Virus record (IMG/VR): IMGVR_UViG_3300045257_000190
Coordinates: 3,493-67,492 of that record
Reading direction: 5' to 3' (one strand)
Source: a virus
DNA: 64,000 bases
Shown: piece by piece, positions 1-8,046 of the stretch
Numbering within the stretch: position 1 is the stretch's first letter
How the letters are laid out: each line of letters begins with the position of its first letter
Position numbers and translations under genes: made by a program
The notes under the pieces: model-generated
The model's database searches: none
Told to the model about the DNA's origin: nothing
The model's input: only the letters and a program-made list of their open reading frames with translations

Positions 1-173
1 CTGTCCGCCACCGATAACCGCCAGAAGCCGGTGGCTGGCGTGGGCGGCGGGGGTAGTTCGCCGGACGAGCGTGATGACGACTACCCCCGCCTGCGCTCAC
101 CCACGAGGGTTCTTGCGCGTGCACACACAGCCTAGCAATGTGAGCGTAGCATTTCACTCCGGGAGTAAGCCAG

Positions 174-2105
174 ATGATTATCACGGGTGACTGGGAAACT
201 TATTACGATAACGATTATTCCCTGTCCCGTATGAGCGAAACCGACTACATACTTTCCCCGTTGTTCCAGCCCCACATGCTCGCCCTGAAGCTGGGCGACG
301 GTCCGGTGATCACCTATGTGGGCGACGAAGCGATACGCGCGGCGGTTACCGCGATCGACTGGTCGCAGGTGGCGTTTCTCTCGCACAACGCACGCTTCGA
401 CGGGAGCATCCTGGCGTGGCGCTACGGGTGCTACCCCAAGTTATACCTGGATACCTTCTCGATGGCCCGCGCGCTCACCCATGCACAGATGGGCTCGTCC
501 TCGCTGAAGGCGGTGGCGAACTACTTCGGCATGGCGCCCAAGGGCGACTACGTGGTGAACGCCAAGGGTAAGCGCATCGAGCATTTCCTGGAGGGCGACC
601 CCGCCGAGCTGGCGCTTTACGTGTCCTACTGCGAGCACGATACCCAGTTGTGCTATGATATCTTCAACCAGTTCCGCCTCGCCGGGTTCCCCAACTCGGA
701 ATTGCAGGTGATCGACATCATGCTGCGCATGTTCATCCAGCCGCAGGCCAAACTCAACCCGTTCGCCCTGGCTGAGCACCTGCACATGGTCCAGCAGGAG
801 AAGCAGCGACTGCTCGCGAACGTCGAGGCAATGGCGCACGGCAAGCAGCTATCCTCCAATCCACAGTTCGCCCAGCTGCTCGAGGGGTTGGGCGTGGACG
901 TGCCACGCAAGATCTCCCCCACCACCGGCAAGGAGACCTGGGCGCTGGCGAAGAACGACCGGGGGTTCCGGGAACTGCTCAACGACCCGGACCAGCCCAG
1001 CACCGTTCAGGCGCTGCTGGCGGCCCGGGTGGGGGTGAAGTCCACCATCGAGGAGACGCGCGCGCTCACCCTGCTCAACCTCTCCCGGCAGGACTGGAGC
1101 GTCGTGGGGATACCCCCCGACCCGTGGATGCCGGTGCCCTACCGGTACTACGGCGCGCACACCGGCCGGCCCTCCGGTGATGGAGGTTACAACTTCACCA
1201 ACCTCAAGCGGGGCAGCCCGCTGCGGGGTGCCATCACGGCACCCGAGGGGTGTCGCGTGGTACACCGGGACAGCTCACAGATCGAGGCGCGTCTGGTGGC
1301 GTGGCTGGCCGGGTGCAGCTCGCTGGTGCACGCGTTCGCCGAGGGGCGGGACGTGTACTCCGAATTCGCCACGAGGTTCTACGGGGTCCCCGTCACCAAG
1401 GCGGACGTGCCGCGCCGGTTCGCGGGAAAGACCGCGATACTCTCATTGGGGTACGGCTGCGGTGCGCCCAAGTTCCGCAACGCGCTGTATATCGGTGCAG
1501 GTGGTGTGAGTTTGGATCTTAGGCCCGAGATCGCCGAAGAATTGGTGGGATTTTACCGAAGTTCCTATCCCGAGATCCCCCTGCTCTGGCGTCGGGGCGA
1601 GGGGGCGCTTCACCGAATGATCCGGCGGTTGGGCGGTACGGTATCCATGCATGTATCGCAGATTTCTAATCTGCCTGCCCTCCCTGTTGTGGTGGAAGGC
1701 GACGGGTTTTTCACGCTGCCCAACGGGTTGTATATACAATACCCCAAGCTGCGCCGGGAGTATGACCCGACCACGGGCAGCGACCAGACGGTCTACACAT
1801 CCGCCAAGGGTGGCGACATAAAGATCTATGGCGCCAAGGTCATCGAGAACGTCACCCAGGGACTGGCGCGCATCGTGATCACGGATATTATGGTTCGGGT
1901 ATTTAATCAAACTGGTTATCATCCTGCGTTGACAACATATGACAGCCTGGATTACGTGGTCCCCGAAACCGACGTAGATGCGTTCAATACAATCCTCGAG
2001 ACCGAGTTCGCGTTATGCCCCGAGTGGGCACCCGGCCTGCCGCTGGCGTCCGAAGGCGGGTATGGAAAGTCACTGCTGGACGCCGAGAAAGCGCTGAACA
2101 CCTAA
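174..2105 (+). CDS. Family A DNA polymerase with 3'-5' exonuclease
   Basis: Exo motifs DWET, HNARFD, YCEHD; YYGAHTGRPSG; motif A DSSQIEAR; motif B RFAGKTAILSLGYG; ENVTQG; motif C TYDS. Confidence 0.93.
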   Translation: MIITGDWETYYDNDYSLSRMSETDYILSPLFQPHMLALKLGDGPVITYVGDEAIRAAVTAIDWSQVAFLSHNARFDGSILAWRYGCYPKLYLDTFSMARALTHAQMGSSSLKAVANYFGMAPKGDYVVNAKGKRIEHFLEGDPAELALYVSYCEHDTQLCYDIFNQFRLAGFPNSELQVIDIMLRMFIQPQAKLNPFALAEHLHMVQQEKQRLLANVEAMAHGKQLSSNPQFAQLLEGLGVDVPRKISPTTGKETWALAKNDRGFRELLNDPDQPSTVQALLAARVGVKSTIEETRALTLLNLSRQDWSVVGIPPDPWMPVPYRYYGAHTGRPSGDGGYNFTNLKRGSPLRGAITAPEGCRVVHRDSSQIEARLVAWLAGCSSLVHAFAEGRDVYSEFATRFYGVPVTKADVPRRFAGKTAILSLGYGCGAPKFRNALYIGAGGVSLDLRPEIAEELVGFYRSSYPEIPLLWRRGEGALHRMIRRLGGTVSMHVSQISNLPALPVVVEGDGFFTLPNGLYIQYPKLRREYDPTTGSDQTVYTSAKGGDIKIYGAKVIENVTQGLARIVITDIMVRVFNQTGYHPALTTYDSLDYVVPETDVDAFNTILETEFALCPEWAPGLPLASEGGYGKSLLDAEKALNT

Positions 2106-2126
2106 ATCACTCCAGGAGTAACCCCT

Positions 2127-3089
2127 ATGCCTTCATCCAATGTCACCTCGAAGCTCGTCACCGTCACCCCGAAGATGGCCCAGGAGTGGCTCGACACCGA
2201 CCCGGAGGGTTCGGCCGACCGGATCAACCGCAAGTACCGTCCCGGCTGGTCGCGCTACCTCACCGAGCAGATGGACCAGGGTCGTTGGGAGGTGATCTCC
2301 GATGCGATCGGGTTCCGCGCCGACGGCACGCTGATCAACGGCCAGCACCGGTTGCGCGCGGTAATCATGCACGGCAAGCCCGTGCCGTTCCTCGTGGTGT
2401 ACGGCCTCACCGATGCTGCGTTCGCACTGACTGACCGTGGCGCGATGCGCAGTCTGCATGATGTGCTTCATATCCCGTCGACGCTGGCGTCCGATGCCAC
2501 GCTGGCGTTCTCGATCAGGACCAGCCTGACCGGTGGCCGGGTTGCCGAGATCGACGTGGCCGACACCGTGGCATGGTGGTCACCGGCGTACGACCGTCTG
2601 ATGGCGGGCGTGCAGCTGACCAGGGGGTTGTCGGCGGCGTTCGTGCGCATTGGCTTTGGTGCCCGCTGGGCTATCCAGATCACGGACATGCATCGGAACT
2701 ATGTGATGGGGCAGTACAAGGCGCTGCTGGCCAGCGACACCCAGGTGATGACCAAGGCGACCGCCATGCTGTGGAAGAAGCTCATCGAGCGGGGCGAGGT
2801 AGGGTCCCGGCTCGACCGTTCGCAGATGGCGGCGACATGCTTTTACTTCGCCAACCCGCAGCGTGCCGAGATCAAACCCCTTATCAAAGACCTGACGCTG
2901 CCCGCCGAGGAGCTGAAGCGCGTGCTGGAGAACATGGAGGCGGCCTTCATGGCAGCCCCCAAGGGTGCCGCACACCCTTATCAGTTCACCAGGGACGTGC
3001 TGCAGCGGAAGGTGGCACTGTATAAGTCGCGACCTACATCGACCCGGTCGAAGGTGAATACGAGCAACGGGGTGGAGCTGCAGGCGTGA
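2127..3089 (+). CDS. ParB/Srx (DGQHR-like) N-terminal domain protein
   Basis: VTPKMAQEWL...NR...GRW...IGF..DGTLINGQHRLRA pattern typical of phage ParB-like proteins; SD upstream. Confidence 0.7.
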   Translation: MPSSNVTSKLVTVTPKMAQEWLDTDPEGSADRINRKYRPGWSRYLTEQMDQGRWEVISDAIGFRADGTLINGQHRLRAVIMHGKPVPFLVVYGLTDAAFALTDRGAMRSLHDVLHIPSTLASDATLAFSIRTSLTGGRVAEIDVADTVAWWSPAYDRLMAGVQLTRGLSAAFVRIGFGARWAIQITDMHRNYVMGQYKALLASDTQVMTKATAMLWKKLIERGEVGSRLDRSQMAATCFYFANPQRAEIKPLIKDLTLPAEELKRVLENMEAAFMAAPKGAAHPYQFTRDVLQRKVALYKSRPTSTRSKVNTSNGVELQA

Positions 3090-3751
3090 CACCTAAGCCC
3101 TTCACCTGGAGCTACTCGGCGCTAAAAAATTACACCACCTGCCCGCGCCGGTACTACGAATACGACATCGCCAAGAGCATCACCGAGCCCGAGAGCGTGC
3201 ACCTGCGCGAGGGCCATCGGGTGCACGAGGCGTTCGCCGCGCGCATCCGGGACGGCACGCCCCTGCCTTTGGGCATGGGCATGCACGAGGGGATGCTCGC
3301 GCGCTTGGTCGAGGCACCGGGGGAGATCCACGTTGAACAACGCCTGGGGCTGACCAGTACGTTCCAGCCGGCCGAGTTCTTCGGCAAGAGCGTGTGGTTC
3401 CGCACCGTGCTTGACGTGGTCAAGCTACAGCCCAACGGCAAGGCGCTTATTATAGACTGGAAAACCGGCAAGGTTGCCGACGACATGACCCAGTTGGCGC
3501 TGTGCGCGGTCACGCTCATGGCGCACGACACGCGGGTGACCGACGTGAAGGCGGCGCTGATCTTCACAGCTTACGGTGAACATATAGAGGAAAGTTACTC
3601 CCGGAGTGACATCACCCTGATCTGGTCGCGCATGCTCCCTCGGGTGAACCAGCTGCTCGATGCGCATCAGACCCAGCACTACCCACCCAACCCGGGTGGC
3701 TTGTGCCGGCGGTGGTGTGCGGTAACGTCCTGTCCCTTCAACGGAAGGTAG
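3086..3751 (+). CDS. PD-(D/E)xK (Cas4/RecB-like) exonuclease
   Basis: WSYSALKNYTTCPRRY, G.RVH, LD...IIDWKTGK, QL, C-terminal CRRWC...CPF; GTG start overlapping upstream stop. Confidence 0.85.
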   Translation: MTPKPFTWSYSALKNYTTCPRRYYEYDIAKSITEPESVHLREGHRVHEAFAARIRDGTPLPLGMGMHEGMLARLVEAPGEIHVEQRLGLTSTFQPAEFFGKSVWFRTVLDVVKLQPNGKALIIDWKTGKVADDMTQLALCAVTLMAHDTRVTDVKAALIFTAYGEHIEESYSRSDITLIWSRMLPRVNQLLDAHQTQHYPPNPGGLCRRWCAVTSCPFNGR

Positions 3752-3753
3752 CA

Positions 3754-4155
3754 ATGGGCATGGCCTCGGTCCCACTTACACCGATCCTCGGTGGCGGCCT
3801 GCATAGTTTGCTGGGTGGACATTCATTGCCGGCAGCAATGCGGCTGAACTCGCAGCTGGCTGCGCAGGCAGCGACTAATTCCTGGCTCAGCGGCCAGCGA
3901 AACGTGACAGATAACTTCCGCAACGATATTCTGAGTGTAGTGGACCCGACGCAGACCAGCATGAACGCCAAGCTGCTCAAGCTCAGCGTGGCACTGCCGA
4001 TGCGGCTGACCGTGGAGATCGAGAGTGTGTCCCTGTATCGCGACCCGCTGCGGATCGAGGTGCGCTTCACCAAGGGCAAAACTATCATCTTCGAGGACGT
4101 GGATGCCTTCCCCTCCGACGAACACGTCGCGCGAATTGCCTTGGAGTGTCCGTGA
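3754..4155 (+). CDS. Hypothetical protein
   Basis: ATG just after exonuclease stop; fills operon gap. Confidence 0.6.
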   Translation: MGMASVPLTPILGGGLHSLLGGHSLPAAMRLNSQLAAQAATNSWLSGQRNVTDNFRNDILSVVDPTQTSMNAKLLKLSVALPMRLTVEIESVSLYRDPLRIEVRFTKGKTIIFEDVDAFPSDEHVARIALECP

Positions 4156-4213
4156 ACTTTACGTAATATCCACCGGCGCCGGACGCGCTTACGTGTGTTC
4201 GGGAGGGTGGACT

Positions 4214-4462
4214 ATGTCCGACAAGATGGTTGAGGGTGCCGTCTCGGTTGCCAAATCACTGGTCACCGGCTGGCCACCGTCGCTGCTGGCGGTGATCGTG
4301 CTCAACGTGCTGATGGTCGGCGCCATATGGTGGCATGAGAATAACGTGGTCGCCAGCGAAGAAAAAGTAATGGTTCAACGTATCCTCTCAATGGAAAACC
4401 TACTCAAGGTATGCGTGGATGACAACAACCCCCGAAGGTCGAATCAAATTCAAGATCAATAA
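4214..4462 (+). CDS. Small single-pass membrane protein
   Basis: GGGAGGG SD; hydrophobic LLAVIVLNVLMVGAIWW. Confidence 0.6.
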   Translation: MSDKMVEGAVSVAKSLVTGWPPSLLAVIVLNVLMVGAIWWHENNVVASEEKVMVQRILSMENLLKVCVDDNNPRRSNQIQDQ

Positions 4463-4730
4463 GCTGCTTAGATCCTACGAGAACCTCTACTACTTCATGC
4501 CCGTGCCCTCCGGCTACGGGGCGACGACCGTCGATTATCTGTGCTGCTACCGGGGGCACTTCTTCGGCATCGAGGCCAAGGCTCCCGGCAAAGTTCCTAC
4601 CCCGCGACAGGATTACGTGCTAGAACAAATCAGACTAGCGGGAGGTAGCACCTTCGTGATCGCCGGCGAGGCGGATCTCGACGGGCTGATCGTGCTGCTG
4701 GATGACCTGACCCAGGAGAGTGAGACGTGA
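4419..4730 (+). CDS. VRR-NUC domain nuclease
   Basis: TPEGRIK...D...GHFFGIEAKAPGKVPTPRQ...GG. Confidence 0.85.
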   Translation: MTTTPEGRIKFKINKLLRSYENLYYFMPVPSGYGATTVDYLCCYRGHFFGIEAKAPGKVPTPRQDYVLEQIRLAGGSTFVIAGEADLDGLIVLLDDLTQESET

Positions 4731-6307
4731 ACGCCAACACCCCGGCAACCCAGACCTTCGTCGTCAACGGCGGGCAGTACGTGGCGGTAGCACACTCGCC
4801 GGCGCTCGCGGCGATCGTGCCCCACGCCAAGATCTTCGAGTGGCGGGGCATGAAGATGCTCTTGTTACCCAACATGCCCGAGGAGGCGCGCGTCGCGCGC
4901 AACCTGGGGGTGATGGTGCCGAGCCCGATCCTCACGCGCTATGATTGGAGGGGCACCAAGCCCTGGGATATCCAGCGCACCACCGCCGCGCTCTTGGCTG
5001 AGAGCGCGCGCTGCTATGTGCTATCTTCTATGGGCACAGGGAAAACCCGGGCGGTGATATACGCCGCCGACTACCTGATACGCATGGGGTTCGCCCATCG
5101 TATCCTGGTGGTCGCACCATTATCCACACTCACACCAGTATGGGAGAAGGAGTTCTTCGATCTCGGGCTATCCTCCGAGGTGCGTATTCTGTACGGGAAC
5201 AAGGACAAGCGCCTCAAGGTGCTGCGCGAACAGAAGCGCATATGCGTCATCAACCATCACGGGCTGCGGGTGATGGGCGATGACATACTACGCGGCGGGT
5301 TTGATATCGTGGTGTTCGATGAGCTGGCGATCTACCGCAACCGTACCACGCAGCTCTGGAAGTTCGCCGCCCAGCTGGTGAACAGCACCACCACGAAGTT
5401 CGCCTGGGGGCTGACAGGATCACCCACCCCCAACGCACCCACCGATGCCTGGGCGCAGATGAGATTGCTCACGCCGGCGAACACCACGCGGTCGTTCGTC
5501 GCGTTCCGTGATCAAACCATGCGCCGCATCACCAGCTTCAAGTGGGTGCCCCGGCCCGAGGCCAATGAGATCGTGCACACGGGCATGAACCCCAGCGTGC
5601 GCTACACCCGCGAGGACGTCATGGAGCTGCCCGAGTGCAGCTACGTGGATCGTCACGTGCAGCTCGAGGCGGACGCCGCGAAAGCCTATCGCTTAATGTA
5701 CGATCGCTCGCGCATGATCACGCACACGGGCAAAGAGATCACCGCCGTCAACGAAGGGGTGCTGCAGAACAAACTGCTTCAGGTATCCTGCGGATACCTC
5801 TACGCCAACGACAAGACGGTGTACGCGCTACCCTCGGGCGGCAGGTTATCCGCGTTGGAGGAAGTGCTCGACGAGACCGATCACAAGTCCATCGTGATGG
5901 TGCCCTACCTGCACGCGCTCGATGGCGTCGCGGCGCATCTCACCAAGCGTGGCTATGATATCGCCGTCGTGCACGGTGGGGTAGGACGTTCCGCACGTGA
6001 TACAATCTTTAATGATTTTCAGGCTGGACCTTCGCCGCATATTCTGGTAGCACACCCGCAATGTCTGGCACACGGGCTGACGCTCACACAGGCCGACACC
6101 ATCGTCTGGTATTCGCCCACGCAATCCCTCGAGATCTACGAACAGGCCAACGCACGCATCAACCGACCGGGACAAAAGAACGTCACGTACATCGTGCACA
6201 TGATAGGCACTCACGTCGAACGCGCCACCTATGCAAGGCTCAAGAATAAGCAAACCATGCAATCTTGTTTGTTGCAGCTTTTCAAGGAACAACCACTCGC
6301 CTTCTAA
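4727..6307 (+). CDS. SNF2-family SF2 helicase
   Basis: MGTGKT, VVFDE, LTGSP, HGLTLT, QANARINRPGQ. Confidence 0.9.
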   Translation: MNANTPATQTFVVNGGQYVAVAHSPALAAIVPHAKIFEWRGMKMLLLPNMPEEARVARNLGVMVPSPILTRYDWRGTKPWDIQRTTAALLAESARCYVLSSMGTGKTRAVIYAADYLIRMGFAHRILVVAPLSTLTPVWEKEFFDLGLSSEVRILYGNKDKRLKVLREQKRICVINHHGLRVMGDDILRGGFDIVVFDELAIYRNRTTQLWKFAAQLVNSTTTKFAWGLTGSPTPNAPTDAWAQMRLLTPANTTRSFVAFRDQTMRRITSFKWVPRPEANEIVHTGMNPSVRYTREDVMELPECSYVDRHVQLEADAAKAYRLMYDRSRMITHTGKEITAVNEGVLQNKLLQVSCGYLYANDKTVYALPSGGRLSALEEVLDETDHKSIVMVPYLHALDGVAAHLTKRGYDIAVVHGGVGRSARDTIFNDFQAGPSPHILVAHPQCLAHGLTLTQADTIVWYSPTQSLEIYEQANARINRPGQKNVTYIVHMIGTHVERATYARLKNKQTMQSCLLQLFKEQPLAF

Positions 6308-6326
6308 CTCCAGGAGTATCAACCCC

Positions 6327-6761
6327 ATGTCTGATGTTATCCACAGACCACGCATGACCGCCGACACGATGATCGACAAATACGTCCGATTGCGCGACAA
6401 GGTGAAGGAGATCAAAGCCCGACACACCGAGGAGCTTGCGCCCTACGGTGACGCAATGAATGTGCTTGAGGGGTGGATGCTCGAAGCGATGAACCAAGCC
6501 GGGCTCAAGTCGATGAAGTCCGTGCATGGCACCGCGTATAAGTCGCTGCGCACCAGCACCAAGGTGGTAGACTGGACCGAGGCGCTGCGTTACATCCGCG
6601 AGAACGAGGCCTGGGATTTGCTGGAGGCCCGTGTGTCCAAGTCGGCGGCCGCTGTCGTCGTCGAGGAGACAGGCGCACCGATCCCCGGTGTGGAGACCAC
6701 GTCTGAAATCACCGTCAACGTCAGACGCGCATCCGCGACCGCCGGCAGCAATGATGAATAG
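6327..6761 (+). CDS. Conserved phage replication-module protein (coiled-coil N-terminus)
   Basis: GGAG SD; YVRLRDK coiled coil then GTAYKS..VVDW pattern. Confidence 0.7.
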   Translation: MSDVIHRPRMTADTMIDKYVRLRDKVKEIKARHTEELAPYGDAMNVLEGWMLEAMNQAGLKSMKSVHGTAYKSLRTSTKVVDWTEALRYIRENEAWDLLEARVSKSAAAVVVEETGAPIPGVETTSEITVNVRRASATAGSNDE

Positions 6762-6770
6762 GAGCATGTC

Positions 6771-7979
6771 ATGAGTAACGCACTATCCAACAACCTCACC
6801 AATGTCCCCGCGCACCTGCAGCAGGCACAGCGGTTCAACCTCAACGCGTCCGCCTCGCAGAACCTGACCACGCCGTTCGCGATCGTGTCGATCAAGGGCA
6901 AGGTCTGGCGCATCAAGCACCGTGGCATCGAGACGGTCCAGCAGACATCGGCGGGCACCGACCATCGCGGCCGGCCCTTGCCCGTGCAGCCGGTGCAGAC
7001 CATCGACGTCGTCGTCGTGGGTCTCGCATCAGGTGTGAGCAAAACCTACTACCCCGGCCAGTACACCGAGGGTTCCGTCGAGAAGCCGGATTGCATGTCG
7101 GCCAACGGCGTGACGCCCGACGTGGGTGTGCCCAATCGGCAGAGCACGCACTGCGCTACGTGCCCGCAGAACCAGTGGGGTTCGCGCACCACGGCGCAGG
7201 GCAAGCGCGCCAAGGCATGCCAGGATGCCCGCCGGCTGGCCGTAGTACCATCAGGTGACGAGGCCAACGACACGTACGGTGGGCCGATGCTGTTTCGCAT
7301 CCCTGCCATGAGCCTGGGTGCGCTGGATCGCTACTGCCGCGACCTGGAACGCATGAACGTAGATATTTCTCAGGTCGTAACGAGGCTTGGCTTCGTATCC
7401 TCGCTGGCGTACCCCTCGATCACCTTCGAGGCGGTGGGCTGGGTCGAGAGTGCTGAGGCCTACGCGATCGTGGCGGAACACGTCACGTCCGAGGCGGTCC
7501 ACCGCATCGTCAACGAGAGTGGGCTGGAGCCGGCAGGTACAGTGGACCAGCCGGTAACCACCAGCGCGCTGGCGCAGGCACCGAGGCCGGTGTTCGCACC
7601 GATGCGGGCGATCCTGCCGGTCGAACCGGTGGCCTCGGCACCCGCGCCCCGTCCGCCCCAGCCGGCAGCCTCGCCGTTCCGGCAGGCGGCGCCCCAGCCG
7701 GCACCCGAGCCGGAGGCCGAGCCCGAGCCGGAGCCCACGCCCGCCCCTGCGCCACAGCCACCAGCGCCTCCGCCAGCGCCTCCGCCGGCGCCTCCGTCCC
7801 CGCCCCCGGCGGCAGCGTCAGCCGCCCCAGCGCGCCCCAGGGCGCCAAAAGTGGCGCTTGCGCAGAGCCCGCAGATGGGGGCGCCAACGCCCCGGCCGGC
7901 ACCCACGAACGGCGCCGGGCCCGTGGTGACCGGCGCACCCGAGGACATGACGGATGTGATCAACAACCTCCTGGCGTAA
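6771..7979 (+). CDS. Putative ssDNA-binding/annealing protein with Pro/Ala-rich tail
   Basis: PDC.S.NG..PD, CATCPQNQWGS, KAC...RRLAV motifs; position between helicase and primase; low-complexity C-terminus. Confidence 0.6.
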   Translation: MSNALSNNLTNVPAHLQQAQRFNLNASASQNLTTPFAIVSIKGKVWRIKHRGIETVQQTSAGTDHRGRPLPVQPVQTIDVVVVGLASGVSKTYYPGQYTEGSVEKPDCMSANGVTPDVGVPNRQSTHCATCPQNQWGSRTTAQGKRAKACQDARRLAVVPSGDEANDTYGGPMLFRIPAMSLGALDRYCRDLERMNVDISQVVTRLGFVSSLAYPSITFEAVGWVESAEAYAIVAEHVTSEAVHRIVNESGLEPAGTVDQPVTTSALAQAPRPVFAPMRAILPVEPVASAPAPRPPQPAASPFRQAAPQPAPEPEAEPEPEPTPAPAPQPPAPPPAPPPAPPSPPPAAASAAPARPRAPKVALAQSPQMGAPTPRPAPTNGAGPVVTGAPEDMTDVINNLLA

Positions 7980-7988
7980 CCCCTGCGG

Positions 7989-8029
7989 AGATCGCCGTCG
8001 GGGCACTGGCACCCCGGCGGCGATCTTTT
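7989..8029 (+). terminator. Intrinsic terminator-like hairpin
   Basis: AGATCGCCGTCGGGG / CCCCGGCGGCGATCT stem followed by a short T run. Confidence 0.6.
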
Positions 8030-8046
8030 CAAAGGAGGTTACGGCC

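Noticed and set aside
3086-3751. Cas4 as part of a CRISPR system
   Set aside because: Stand-alone phage exonuclease in a replication operon.
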